A stretch of DNA of 62,961 nt, filler included, from Calcarisporiella thermophila CBS 279.70 (GCF_041956535.1; 5 parts of 5 records of this genome joined end to end with filler, not necessarily neighbours in it), one strand, 5' to 3'. Counted from the whole stretch's first letter, positions 22,919 to 36,299 are shown. Notes: generated by a model not told the origin, from the letters alone. Numbers and translations: made by a program.

Positions 22919-23239
22919 TTAAGAACACTCACTGGGGACCACGCATTTATCAACCTTCTCATCTAATAATAATCCTTCTTCGCAAATACATGCTAGCTGG
23001 CAATCCTCCGTACAAGGTATAGGTTTTTTGAGGAGATGTTGATTTTTGCAAGACGGAAAGCAATCAGCAGTACCGCTTACGCACCCATATATTCGTTGAG
23101 GTTTAAGTAAGCAAGCTCTTTCTCTTTCACTTATTCCATTAATTAAAGAATCGGCATTGAGCCGCACAACGACGCCCCCGACAAATAAGATATAAAATGA
23201 TAGAATAATAACAAATTTCAATAGTCTGATTAGATACAT
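22919..23239 (-). CDS. Secreted TIL (trypsin-inhibitor-like, 10-Cys) domain protein
   Basis: Hydrophobic leader, then C-x9-C-x6-C-x3-C-x11-C-x3-C-x3-C-x-C-x12-C-x5-C spacing ending CICEEG...CVVPSEC. Confidence 0.85.
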   Translation of the reverse strand: MYLIRLLKFVIILSFYILFVGGVVVRLNADSLINGISERERACLLKPQRIYGCVSGTADCFPSCKNQHLLKKPIPCTEDCQLACICEEGLLLDEKVDKCVVPSECS

Positions 23240-25082
23240 CTTGATTAAATATTAATGTTAAGTTGTTCTAATTTATGTAGACGATCAAAGCTGATATGTA
23301 AATATATATTTGCATTGTATTGCACTGTGAAAAATGCCACAGAAAATGTGTATTTCTGACCTCCCGGGGTTTTATTCTAATTCTGCCGATTTTTTATGTC
23401 ATGAAAGGGTATAACCTGGTGAGTTGCATTAGCCCTATTTTGATTATTCAAAGTGTTTTAATGTGTATACCTGTTTCTTCTATGTGCTATAAGTTCTTTT
23501 GAAGCTAGGGTTTAAATAGACCAAAAGTAGTGAATACCATTTTGTTCTTAGTTAGGGATAGAATGACTAGTTTTATTCCTACACTTGAGATTATTGGGTT
23601 TTTCATGAATGCGAGCTTTCATTCTATGTAAATTGACAGGTTTTTTTTTTTCTAAATTACCAATTATATACTAGGCATTTCTTCACTGAAACTGCATTTT
23701 TATCTCCCATTTTACCGAAACCTCAAAGATATCGATCAAACTTTCTGCTGTTAATTGCCTAAAATATGGGTTTCGTTACTAGCTTAAATGAGTACATATA
23801 CCCCCTGTGTTATATCAGGGGCAACTTTGACGATTTCATCGAAGCACTAATCAAAGTGTACACTTGCACTGACGATACAAATAAGATTATTATGGATAAT
23901 ATATTGTAAGCAGGTTCCTTTGTTTATGTGAAAATTTAATATTTCTGCAGCTGAATGGGTGGTTGTAGTTCGAGGACCAATTCGTGTTGGTGTTCATATA
24001 CATCACAGCAAGTCTGAGAGCATTTTCAAGTTCAAAACCCTTAATGATTGACAAAAACAACCGCAAAAAGATGGGATATTTCGACTGAAATCCCATGGAA
24101 CTACTTCATTATATTTCTCCAATACTTTCTGTTCTAGGAGATATTTCGAGATAATCCAATCTCTCCAATTCAAGGTTGTGAAGGTCTGAAAAGCTTGGTT
24201 TATCAATAAGTTAGAATTTCACAAGATTTACAATATACTTCTTGGATTAAACAATAGATATTCAAGATTCTCATAAACTGATGATATTCAACAATCCAAT
24301 TGTATTTGTTATAATATTATGTCATACACGATATGGGTAATAACAGAGATGGCGCTTATTGTATCTTGAGAAAAAAAAAGAAATACTTAGTGTAACAATT
24401 GTTACGCTAAATTTAAATTCAGTAAAAGTTGTTTAATCAAGAGTTGAGTCATTTTTTACCCATAATGTCCATTAATATCGAATATGAATACTGATAACGT
24501 TGGTTAATTAAATATTATTGCAGTGAGGCCATATTTTAGAATTTTCGCGCTAATAATTCATAGGATTAAGACTAAAGCGTAACCAATTGATTTTCATTTA
24601 TTACTCTAAGAAAATTTCTGTATTTTATTACCATCTTATCTCGGTTCTAGATTTTAGTAACCATTCATTTTGACAGGATGTAGGCTGTATGCCCATACTA
24701 GCGGCAATAGCAGAGAATCTGCCAAAACTCATGATGAGAAATAAAATTTTCATTGGAAACTCAATTGTCCACTCAATTTTGTGAAGCAAGACGCAATAAA
24801 TTGTTCAGAGGACATTCAAGGGAATTCTGAAAAAAAATTATAACTCTTCTTTAGTATCCAATTCAGTGAACGCTACTGTGGCATCTGCATACAAAGCAAA
24901 TTAACGGCAATTTGCGGTCTATGTTGTAAAAGTTGCCCCCCAAACCCCAGGTCTCGCATTCGTAGCCTAATTTTGAATGAATTTATCAATGGTTTGTTTT
25001 CGCAAAGGTTATATTATGAAAGTGCCATTTATTTTAGCATTAATGGCGGAGAAACAACAGACTCAAATTATAAATAGACTGC

Positions 25083-25182
25083 NNNNNNNNNNNNNNNNNN
25101 NNNNNNNNNNNNNNNNNNNNNNNNNNTTAATTAATTAANNNNNNNNNNNNNNNNNNNNNNNNNNNNNNNNNNNNNNNNNNNN
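25083..25182. other. Assembly gap with artificial TTAATTAATTAA linker
   Basis: 44 N + 12-mer with stops in all frames + 44 N. The same spacer occurs four times. Confidence 0.98.
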
Positions 25183-25369
25183 CCTAACCTACTATAATTC
25201 CTCTCCGAGGGTACTTTCGGACTCCACCAGAATTCCATCGTTTATTTCATTCTACCAGAGCTCGTTTTTATTTCGCATATCGGCATTCCCATACTATTCC
25301 TTTCATATTTATTTATTGAAAACTGATTTAAAATAACAATAGTATGCAACAGGAATAGCGTTATTTTGT

Positions 25370-25586
25370 ACTTAGATACATTAACAATATCATCCTCGTT
25401 ATGCCTCTACTAGTCAGTACCCCCCAATATCTAGTTTTTCAAAAAAGGATTTAGGGTGACGTATCACTATGCTACTGAATTCAAGCAAAATAATAAGCCA
25501 CAAATTTTTGAAAAAAATTATTTCTAAGATACGCGGTCTAAATTTTTGAAAAAAAAAATGAATCGGACATTTTTTCCCTATGAACC
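25370..25586. repeat. ~217-bp young repeat (probable DNA-transposon end); copy at 29764-29982
   Basis: Near-identical copies share the same right boundary ...TTTTTCCCTATGAACC. Confidence 0.85.
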
Positions 25587-26455
25587 CCCAATGTTTCATG
25601 ATGGCTCTGAGAAACCGGAATATGAGGTCGAACGCATTCTTCGCTCGCGAGGGCGCGGAAAGAATAAGAAATACTTGGTCAAATGGCGAGGATATCCCGA
25701 CGAAGACAACACTTGGGAACCGATAGAACATCTTCGCAACGCTCCAGATATCGTTCGACGATTTGAAGCCGCCACATCGTCTTAATCGCCGCGACGTCTG
25801 TTTTCTAAGGGGGGGTGATGTAACAGGATTAACTCAGCTCATTATGCTACCGAGATAAAGTTAATATCTTTTACCATTTTTGATAGTTTGTTGTTCTATT
25901 GTGTTTATGAGATATATTTTAAGTTTAGTCATGTGAAAAACCATATTGTGTTATTTGTGATTTCTTATTTATATACAAACCCATTCGCTTATGAATTTTA
26001 TAAGGAATATAAGGAAGGAAGCTTGGTTTGGCTAAGAAATACAAAGACAAGGTTTATTCTAAAGACAAAAAGGGGGAATTGACTAAAGAAAACTAAGGGA
26101 AGAGTGACATTGAGTGATTCTTAAAACTAATTCTGACGAATGATCGTGTGTCTTAAATAATGTAAGAAGGATAAAAGTATAACTAAGTTAAAGTAGGTTT
26201 TCATGGGTAAATGCTTGTATTGTTCTTGGGGGATGGGTGTTGCTTGGTCTTTGATGGATCAAGGTCGATGCTAAGCAAAGGTTCTAAGGACATTGAACTT
26301 GGCTAAGTTCATTTCCTTACAAATCCTCACCGATCTTCTATTTCATAAAGGTGAGGATATCCCTTTTATTTATGATATTATTATTATGGTGTTATTAATA
26401 AAAGACCGATCTTCTATTTCATAAGATCTTTGTCTACCATTCGAACCCTGTGACA
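25587..26455 (+). mobile_element. 3' end of a chromovirus (Ty3/gypsy): integrase chromodomain, polypurine tract, 3' LTR (25819-26455)
   Basis: EYEVERIL...[17 protein letters not shown] chromodomain, AAGGGGGGG PPT, then an LTR with TGTAACAGG...CCTGTGACA termini. Confidence 0.88.
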
Positions 26456-27266
26456 CAAGAACAAAAATATTCAGTTGTATTCTCACGCTTCTGGCTGTAG
26501 ACTAAAGCCAAACACAAAAAATATTCAGATGTATTCTCATTTTTCTAGATGTACCTATCAGTCATATTCGAATAAAAGCTAAGCCCTAAAATTGATGGCT
26601 TGGTTTGATCCCAAATTAGGATTTTACCAGCGGAGCTTAAAACTAGTTTATTAGGCAACCTTGGAAAACGTACATAATTTTTTTGAATAAAACCCTTTTC
26701 GGACAATTTTTCCCGATAAACCTTTAGTGCTGAGCCAATAGGCTACTCAGCATTATCACCATAAAATTCACCATAAAATGGGAAATATTTCCGCAGAGTT
26801 ACTGTCCCTTCTTACTGGGATAGCAGGTAAAGTTAAACGCTATTGAAAATAGAATGCATCCCTTGAAACTCTAAAGGTGGAACTTTCTGACTTAACTCCT
26901 AAAATGTAAGTTTTCTCATGATTATGATCTGTACAAAAACTACATCCGCGCCACATACTAATGATATGGTCGGTAAAATAAAGTACCCAAGCAAAAATTT
27001 TGCAAATAGAATGCATCCGATAAAATCATCGAAAAATCTCCGTCTGTAGAACTCTCTGATCTTATTTTTAAAAGAGAGTTAATGAAGTTGAGTTTATCTC
27101 AAAAATATGGCCTTATATAAAACCCGCATCCGCGCCACATTAGAAACAAAGATTTGTGTCCAAATGTCCGTGCACCACTATTGAAATGGAAAGGGCATAC
27201 GATGAAAACTCATTAACTTAATTATGATTTAAGAATAAAAATTTGCAAGTCCTATAGTTCATACTC

Positions 27267-27322
27267 AAGCCTAGCGTATGCGACGGCTTTAGTGAAATGG
27301 ACAAGGCGAAGTCAGCAGTCTA
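27267..27322. repeat. Short remnant of the DIRS terminal repeat (another at 33018-33070)
   Basis: AAGCCTAGCGTATGCGACGGCTT...GTCAGCAGTC matches 607-658. Confidence 0.7.
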
Positions 27323-27571
27323 TTTAAACTTTATCTCATATATATGGCTTTTACCCGTACCTCCTGAGAAACTGTGTGAAAAAAGCAATAGAAACACGTA
27401 AGCGAAACCTACTTCCTATTCTCATTTATCACGAACTCCGGTAATAATTCTTATCACAACAAAAATATATTCTTTAAATTAGCTAATATATATGCACTCA
27501 AACTTTAAAAATACTATAAAAGCTATTCCATAAAATATCATAAAGCTAACAAACTACAAGTCTTGACTGAG

Positions 27572-28324
27572 ATGTTGAAATTAGTAGCAATCCTCTTTTT
27601 AGTGACGGTGGCCTCAGGGAAGCGTTTTAACAAGCGGGAGGTGTTTTCGCCTAATTGGCCTGATTGCAAGCTGGCAACCGTCTCTGACGGAATATTCCCG
27701 GACAAATTCAATCAAGATCTGTGCCGTCAGCACTATTCATGGCCGTTTGACCGCAATGTTATTAAAAACGGAACAGTGGAGTTTAAATCACTTAAGTTTG
27801 TTGCTGGTGGAACATGCATTGGAGCAGACTGCTTCTTAACTTGCGGTGGTGGTTGGCCCCCTTCCTCCGGCTCTTGCACGTGTAAGCTTAAGGTCTATAG
27901 GGAGCAGTTGTGCGTCGCCAGATTTGAGTCCGATCAAACTATGACTGATTACTTCGAAGCATGTACGGACGTAAATTTCAAAATAGGCGGTTCAGTCAAA
28001 GTAAATGGCAAAATAGAAGGAACGCCAATAAACATTGGAGAAGCGGGATTCAATATGGAATTATCAATCCAAGAAAAAATTTGCGAAAAGAAGACTTTAA
28101 CCTTCACGCCACGAAAAGGGGATGTATGTATTAAAACGCAAGGCGTAGCGTTTTTGGATTGTGATTTCAATGGCAGACAAATTAGCCTACCGCAAACGAG
28201 AGCTGGAAAACCTACGCAAGTGGTATCGTGCTACAAAGACGACAGCTCTGCAGCCAGAGGAGTAGGTATTCGTAGCGGTGGAGCATTAGAATGTTTACGC
28301 TGCTCAAATGCCGCTGACTGCTAG
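27572..28324 (+). CDS. Secreted cysteine-rich protein (250 aa), unknown function
   Basis: Signal peptide MLKLVAILFLVTVASG, KR sites, many Cys, intronless, TATAAA at ~27515. Confidence 0.85.
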   Translation: MLKLVAILFLVTVASGKRFNKREVFSPNWPDCKLATVSDGIFPDKFNQDLCRQHYSWPFDRNVIKNGTVEFKSLKFVAGGTCIGADCFLTCGGGWPPSSGSCTCKLKVYREQLCVARFESDQTMTDYFEACTDVNFKIGGSVKVNGKIEGTPINIGEAGFNMELSIQEKICEKKTLTFTPRKGDVCIKTQGVAFLDCDFNGRQISLPQTRAGKPTQVVSCYKDDSSAARGVGIRSGGALECLRCSNAADC

Positions 28325-29329
28325 TAATTGGATAAATTAGCAGAAGCGCACACAGTACGTATAACCCAATAATTTCAATTAAATTAATACAACTTATAAA
28401 AAACAACAAATATTATTTATTATTTTTATTTATTTATTAATTATCTGAATGATTCTCAAATGGTCCTGTAGAGAATGTTTCCACGATACTAAATATATAG
28501 GAAAGGTTTAAGACTCTCGTCTATATGGAATAAATAGAAAAAAATTAGCAGAATGACTAAGAAAATTAAAACTTCTTTTGTACGAGAAATCGAAGAAACA
28601 TAGGTTGGATATCTGCTCCCTCGGAGCTCGTATCATGAATTATTCATAGATTAATTATAGGATACAGTCGCGTCCGAAATTGGAGGAGTGCCTAAGCCAC
28701 ATCTCATTTGACGCCAAATGTTTCATCAACTCTTCATAAAATTAGGGAGGGCAAGTTATTATAAAAAAATTGCAGTGTCTACACACTTTTTGAGATATGT
28801 GCGTGCCTTGTTTATCAAACAAAAGTTGGCGTTCTGGGAGGTTGAAGTTATAAAAAGTGCACTTCTACATAATTCAATAATTAATATTTTGTATACAATT
28901 TCTTTAGAAATGAATTTTTTTTGCTCTTTTATTCGTTTCTTCCCATTGTACTCTGATATATAAAAAGCGCTTATTCTCTAATAACATCATTAATAAGAGC
29001 AACCAGGATGAAACCCACTTCTAACAAGATCCGCGTCAGTATTATCCAGCGCGCAAAAGAAGGGGTGTTACAAAAGTATTTCTACTTTTGGACTCCTCTA
29101 TAATAATATAATAAAATATAATAAAAGAACAAAGAAAAAGAAGTAAAGACCAGAAAACAAATAGCAGAGACTATTTAAAGATCAAACAATCGAATGATAA
29201 AATAATGTTATACAAAATAACAGTTAATAAAATTGGTATTACGATCCTAGGCCATTTATGGCTTAGACCTTAATAGCGTCATGAGGGTAAAAATTAACAT
29301 CATGACAAGGGGCCTCCTCATGAACGATC

Positions 29330-30582
29330 GCTGATGCTCTGCATATACATCATACCACGGCAGCTAAGGTTGTCAGAGAAGAAGCAAGGCAACGTCCCGA
29401 CATTACGAGGCCCTCCGCTGGTCGCCCTCGAACTCTGCGTGAAAGAGATGAAAGAAAGATTGCCACACTATTGGCATCCGCGGATGCCAATTGGGATCAC
29501 AATTGGTATTTCTCCAAGTGTAACACGACCAAACCTCTATCTCCTTTTACAATTAATACCGCTTTCCTTTTATGTACGTACTGATCACATGCTCATGAAA
29601 GTTTTTTAAGGTTTTTCCCAGAGATTCATCTTTATTTAATACTCGATGTGTTTTCTATTATTTCCTCACCGTTCTCTTGAATTCATTATGCATTCTCTTG
29701 AATTGGATTCATTATTAATTAAGGATCCGAATCATTAACAGTCTCAGAACTGTTACATTGCTTACTTAGATACATTAACAATATCATCCTCGTTATGCCT
29801 CTACTAGTCAGTACCCCCCAATATCTAGTTTTTCTAAAAAGGATTTAGGGTGACGTATCACTATGCTACTGAATTCAAGCAAAATAATAAGCCACAAATT
29901 TTTTGAAAAAAATTATTTCTAAGATACGCGGTCTAAATTTTTGAAAAAAAAAAATGAATCGGACATTTTTTCCCTATGAACCTAATCTTATTAAAAACCC
30001 AACAATATTCCAGCAAGACAACGATCCAAAACATACGTCCAAGCTAACCAGAGAATGGTTACGAAACAAGGGGATAGATGTACTGGAATGATTTTCACAG
30101 TCTCCTGATCTCAATATAATGGAGCTTATGTGGAACGAAATGAAACGAAGACTAAGCTATTATCAACGACTTCCGAAGAACAAGGACGAACTATGGGAAC
30201 ATATTGAGAAAGAATGGGAAAGCGTAAACGTAGAATTTTTCAGCAAGCTCTATGCAAGCATGCCGGAGCGAGTGCGTGCTGTATATAATGCAAAAGGAGG
30301 ACACACAAAATATCAGTAAAAAAGAGTGAAATACGCAATATGTGAAAACTTTCTATATAAGTGGCATATCTGTAAAGGACATTGCAACACTTTTTCCAAC
30401 TTTAACCTCCCAGCATTATAGTTTTTCTTTTTTAAACATGGGTATCACGTATTAATAAAACTGGTCTCAGTGTTGTACATTTTTACAAGAATATTCCGAT
30501 CCATTTTCCTAGGGTAGTTATTGATTAATTAATTGATATAGAAAATATGACATATCATTGCAACAGTTTTTCGGCAACCTGT
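29330..30582 (+). mobile_element. Tc1/mariner remnant interrupted by an insertion
   Basis: N-terminal AGRPRTLRERDERK (~29420) and C-terminal [11 protein letters not shown]...SPDLN...NAKGGHTKY (30000-30319). Ends ...GCAACCTG-TA, like a Tc1 terminus. Confidence 0.8.
29764..29982. repeat. Second copy of the 25370 repeat
   Basis: Near-identical; differences are mainly homopolymer lengths. Confidence 0.85.
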
Positions 30583-30962
30583 ACCATATTCTCTAGCTTC
30601 TGCTTGTAGGTTACAGCCAAACACAAAAGTAACCTCGGGTCTGGGACCAAAAGGCATTGACTGAACCTGTAGGGGCAGAGTAATTTCTTTGTCTTATTGT
30701 GTACGAATCAAAGCATAGCTAAAAACCGATGTATACGAACTTTATATAATTTTTAGAGTTTGTACTTGAGAAATCCATTTATTAGAGATAAAATTAACCG
30801 CATGTATATATAAACCCTTAGGTAGAGCTATTAAAGCCAGTTGTTGTATCAAATTCCATACGTGCTCTCTGCCTTCTAAAATAGAGGTGAGTAAATAAAA
30901 ATACGTGAGCCTTATGTACATAAGCAGCTACAATTCTTTGCCAATACGATAGAAACTAGAAC

Positions 30963-32149
30963 ATGATTTTCTTGATTTCAGATGGAGAGGTTGCTCTGAA
31001 TTGCCTCTCGATTCTCTGTGCAGTGGTTATGATGGTATTTGTGGTCTGGCTTCGTTGGTTACAACCCGACATTACCAACGCCATTTCCTTCCGACTAAGT
31101 TTCTGGATTGGTCTTACGGATGCTTGTTTCAGAGCATGTTTTCTCATGAATCGAGCACCAGATTTTATCGAGAGTGTTGGACCTTCTAATGAATGGATAT
31201 ATCGCTTTCTTCTTTGGAGTCTCCACTTTTTCCCCCTTTGGTTTTCCATGATAACCATGTGCATTAGTTTTGATATACAACTCTCCTTCATTCATGCACG
31301 CAGGAATTTGAAAAAAGTACAATGGTGGTATGTCCCAGTAAGCACCCTTGTGTCGTTTGCTCTTGCAGCTCCTTATCTATTTTACGGGAAATTATGGTGG
31401 AATAACGAGAAAGTAAGTATTCTGCCCATTAACCCTCTCTAAGGATCGTTTGAAGACATATAATTGAATATCACGATTTCAGACCCTTACCTAATTGTAT
31501 TCTATGTATTAACGGTATTACAAACTAGAAAATATTCGGGTCTAACTGGCCAACCCATATCGTACTAGCCATGAATATCCTCCACAGCTCAGTCATATTT
31601 GCCTGTATCTTCTACTCCATTACTTTGATCCTAACAACTCTAGGTATCGTTCTCCGTCGCCTGGACAATATGAATAAAGGGCAGACCACTATCAAATCAG
31701 AGAATCGTGAAAGACAACGGAAAATAATTCAATCAGTAGTCCGACTTCTTGGATATCCCTTAGTGTTGATTATTTGTATGCCTGCTGGGTTCGTGCTAAA
31801 AATTCTGTATACAATGGGAGCAAGAGCCACACCTTTTGGTGATTTCACCAATACTGCTAATACGATTCTTGGCGGAATGCAAGGCATTCTTAATTTGCTT
31901 ATTTTTTTGTTTAATCCAGCCCTCTCCGATGCACTTGCCAATCACCGATACTTTGCAAAACGGTGGCCATTCAAAAAACAAAATATTAATTGTCACGAAA
32001 ATGGCACTCCTTGTTTTCTACCAAAGATCGAACGGCCTAGAAAACCAAGCGACATCATGGCCCAAGTGATAACGGATTTGAGTTCACAGGCGCACGAAAA
32101 AAGTGGAACACATGTAGATGACACTGCAAAATCAAGCATTTTACCATAA
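30963..32149 (+). CDS. Fungal 7-TM GPCR-like protein (Git3/cAMP-receptor-like), ~356 aa, intron 31413-31528
   Basis: ISFRLSFWIGLTD, ISFDIQLSF, RLLGYPLVLIIC, QGILNLLIFLFNP. The GTAAGT...CTAG intron joins both ORFs in frame. Confidence 0.82.
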
Positions 32150-32294
32150 TCAGAAAAAATAAACAATCTAGTCATTAGGAAAATATTTGCGTTTTCTTTG
32201 ACACATTATGTTTTATATAGTGCCATCTGCTTTTACTTTTATTTTTTTTATTGAATAAGTTACGGATTTGACCGGCACTATTTATCCTAATAGT

Positions 32295-32510
32295 ACGTTG
32301 TCTGAGTTACAACCACATCGAAAACTCTTGGGATGTGCTAGACCACAGAGAATGTAAAAGGGACCCACTTCCGACAACGGAAGGTCAACTTAAGGAGGCT
32401 TTAAAAGAAAGATGGGAGGGTATCCCACCTATGTACCTTGTGGACAGTATGGGTAAAAAAATCGGAGCAATAGTTCTAAATAAAGGTTTTCATACTAAGT
32501 ATTGAGTTGG
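32295..32510 (+). mobile_element. Tc1/mariner C-terminal remnant
   Basis: NHIEN.WDVLD...LKEALKERWEGIP...NKGFHTKY*. Confidence 0.65.
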
Positions 32511-33312
32511 TAGTTAAATTATTAATATACAGTAGGATGACATTATATTAGTGCACGGCTGGTTTCGATTATTTTCATCGTGGATAATTAGGATGAGCAG
32601 GATAATTTGGATAGTAAAAATACAATTATTTCGGTTTAGAAATAACCATCAAAAAATTCAAACTATTTTGAACCCGATTGTATGTAAAATAGGAGGATTA
32701 TTAATTTTGATCGTGGTTATATAAGAATTAATATGTTATGACTATGTAATTTCAAACCGGACACTGAATCATAATTTAGTTGTTTTACTACAGATTTCAT
32801 TTTTGATATCCTTACCAACGAAAAGGCCTATTATTTAAATGTCTATTCAAGACTTTTTCAACCAATTTTGTTAATTTTCGCTTTTTTTATTAAGGCGATA
32901 TAATTTAGACTTCTTGAAGGTGACCCTGAACAAATATATTGGAAATCAATCTGAAAAATAAGGTAATGCATAGTTTAAAAAAATGGGGAATCAGCTAATA
33001 TGGCATTTCAGGTATATGCCTAGTGAATGCGATGGTTAACGAAACAGACAAGGCAAATCAGCAGTCTATTTAACATATACATCCATTCACAGGAATCTAA
33101 AAGCATAAGCAGGCATAAAACTATTTTAATCTTTGAGAGATTGAGGGAACACATGCGGTATTAATAGCATTAATGGTAGAAAATTTATTCGATTTTAAGA
33201 AAATAGTACGCTTAGATCTGGTATTATTGAAATGATACAATGGGTATTGTTTAGTACAGAGGTGACACATTTCTTCTTGTTCAGAAACGCAATAGATTTA
33301 TTAGTAACTGTT

Positions 33313-34481
33313 CTATTGTATTTGGAGTACAAGCTAACGATAGAAAAAGAAATTATTACGAGAAAATTTGCGAAAATAATGAAGCGATCAAAATCAAGTT
33401 ACCTTGCCTATCGTCTTTCTGTTTGATAAATCATTGTGCGCATTTTGAATATCCGAGAGTTTGTAAGAGGTTATATGAATTTTTATATCATTTTGCTTCA
33501 TTAGTCTGAACAATTCATTCGAAAGTTCCGTGAATTCATCGCGAGTCTTTATATAGTTGAAAAGTTTTGGGCGCAGTAGCTTCCAGTTTCCCTCTGTTAA
33601 TCTTAGTAGATCAATGGGCTCGACTTTACCGCTCGCATTACCGAAACTAACCATAGTTCCTAGCCGGCGGAGGCATTTTAAGCTAGTATCGAAAGTGGCC
33701 TGGCCCACTCCATCGTATACCGCATGAACCCCTTCTCCATTCGGAGTGAGCTTGCGCACTTTTTCAACAAGGTCCTCCTTAGTGTATATGATAACGTGAT
33801 CAGCACCCGCATTTTTTGCAATTTCGGCTTTCGTTTCACTTGAGGTTGCCCCTATTACATGAGCGCCCATAGCCCGTCCCAGTTGCACTAACCAAAGGCC
33901 CGTGCCGCCCGCAGCAGCAGGAACCAAAATCCAATCACCCTTCTTAACCTCATAACTATATTTTAGCATACTAAGTGCAGTCAACCCTTGGCTTAAAATA
34001 CCTGCACCATCTCGTAATGAGATTTCTTCAGGCAACTTAATGGCGTGGTCTGCACCGGCTAGCGAATATTCAGCATAGGTTGAAGATCCCAAATAGGCGA
34101 CATGATCACCCTTCCGAAAATTAGGGACGCCAGGACCAACCTCTTCCACAATACCAGAACCTTCACGACCGAGGATTAGGGGGAGATCTGACTATTAATA
34201 GTTTGAGATTAAATCGACCAGACTTCATCTTGTAAAATACACGTTCTCTTATAATACTTTGTAAAGCCCAGTGCGCTGATAAATGTCGACGAAATTAACA
34301 CCTGATGAATTCTTCATTAGTGGAGTTGCTTAGGGCTAACACAACATTTTTAATGCTTACCACTAGCATAATTTTTTACCAGTAAATGACCTTCTTTCAC
34401 TTTTGGTATCGGCACCATCTTGTGCTGTAAAGCCTCCGTTCCACCATGTTTTTCGATGAGGATTGCCTTCATAAGAGACAT
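33313..34481 (-). CDS. NADPH:quinone oxidoreductase (zeta-crystallin/ZTA1-like), 4 exons
   Basis: GVNFVDIYQRTGLY, LILGREGSG, AAAGGTG, VYDGVGQ, SFGNASG. Last exon LVLQIQ*. Confidence 0.92.
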
Positions 34482-34969
34482 TGTGAATATTGTACGTTGA
34501 TGAAGCGTATGAAGCCGATTGTGGTTAATAAATGATAGCATATAACGCTAAATATTCATGGAACGAGCTAGATTGAGCCGCATTTTCGAAGTATTAAAGT
34601 TTAATATTGGTGAGACAAGTTCCTGGGAAGTTTATAGAGCGTAGAAAACCTTCAACAGTTCAATGCAACTTTGTACATTTTGCTTGGCTTGACAAACAAG
34701 AGATGAGATACCTTCTTTAAAATAAAATCTCGAAAGCGGGGAGTTATATTCTTCATAAGGATTCGTTTTGCAAATTAACAAATTTGTGGTCATTAGACAT
34801 GAATTCCATTTTCTCATTACCATAGAACCAATCGATTATATCACGTTCTCTTAGTGGTTTTTTAACCATAGGTCACGTGCATATTAGTCAACTTAAAGTC
34901 TTTGCCAATGCCCTAAGAAGGTTGCAAGACTGTGCATGGGAGAGTTCTCAGGTAAATAATTTTGATAAT

Positions 34970-35440
34970 AAGCCTAGCGTGTGCGACGGCCTAAGAAAAA
35001 ACTGTCAGTAGTCCATGCTTCACAATCCCACCCTCCTTCCTCAACCTTCATCTCGGGAGGGCCATGTAATAGAATTATTACGCATCTATTTATGCAGTAG
35101 TTATTCCAGTTAAGATCTTTAAATTTCATTCCTTCTTCTTTAGCATTCCGTATGATGTTACTCTGTATCCAGTTCAATTTGTTCAATAAATCGGCCTCAT
35201 CATCGTGAAGCATGGAATGCTGTCTGTCTGTTCTATTTTTACTATACTGTCGTATACACTAGGCCTAGTATAAAATACAGAATGCGGACTACGCTAGCAG
35301 TCCATGCTTCGAGATGTTTCCGAGGATTTAGCCCGCTCCTTTGTGATTTAAGGAAAGAAGCAAGCACGTAATGTTAGCGTCCAATGCATGATCCCTCCGA
35401 TAGTAGACGTCGAAGGCGGATATGGACGACCAGCTCTCTA
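34970..35440 (-). mobile_element. Degenerate DIRS 3' end (tyrosine recombinase tail plus inverted repeats)
   Basis: WSSISAFDVYYRRDHALDANITCLLLSL aligns with the 99-545 C-terminus. Diverged copies of the terminal inverted repeat lie at ~34970-35022 and ~35206-35277. Confidence 0.85.
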
Positions 35441-36299
35441 ACGAGAGGATTATAGATCTTGGAGTTCGCCAATTGCGGACGGCACTAGTTTTCTCAAGTA
35501 AAGCGGCTAATCCAAGATTAAATACGTAGTAACTAAGAGTAAGGATATGAGAGTGGAAGGGAGAGATTTTGGGAGGCTTAGTGCGATTCCTCACGGCTAT
35601 ATTTATTAATTTCAGATAGCTCTTATGTTTAATGACCGATTGGTAATAAGACCATTAATATATATTAATTGTGTTTCATTGAGTTAAGCGGCGGTGTTTT
35701 TACGCTACTCTCCTATCTCGAACCATCCAAATAACATCGGTGGAGAACCTACATCGAATCCTAAGATGTCCTCTAAACAAGGTACAGCATATATCCCTAC
35801 AGCGACCCTTGGTCTCTATGATATTCAACCCTTTATTGAAGAAAATCTGAATAATACAATTGAATGATTACAAGAGTTCGAGTACACGGCAGGCGTACCA
35901 AACTGGCCGGACCGAGTAAAAGCTCGCGTGCTCGCTGAGAAGTGAACAAATGGCGCTAAGGATTAGCCTAGCAACCTTCGAGCGAGAAGAAATCAAGTTG
36001 GAAAGAGCATAAGATAGTGTTTCAGAAGGAATACGCTAGAAATGAGCGTATATGCGCTCAGTTACTGTATATAAGCTCGACGCCTTGAAGTAACGTGATG
36101 GAGAACACGTTGTGGTTGAATGCGCCTAGCAATGGGAAAGAGGCCGTAAGGGTGAATAAATGCGAAGAACTCATTGTGACCCTGCACGCAGCAAATGGTA
36201 TGAAGGAAGCTACGGAAAGTGTCGGCGTCGCAAAGCATGAATGCGATTCTGCGATGTGCGCGAGAAGGTTCAGAGTCTGTCCAATTAGCTCCTCCGAAT

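Noticed and set aside
25083-25182. TTAATTAATTAA palindrome repeated four times within N runs
   Set aside because: Artificial contig-joining linker. Adjacency across these gaps is not biological evidence.
26460-27145. Short imperfect duplications (TAGAATGCATCC, CATCCGCGCCACAT, AAAAATATTCAG.TGTATTCTCA)
   Set aside because: Two-copy degenerate local duplications with no splice or coding pattern.
35700-36060. Possible gag relic (QEFEYTAGVPNWPDRVKARVL)
   Set aside because: Too degenerate to assign confidently.
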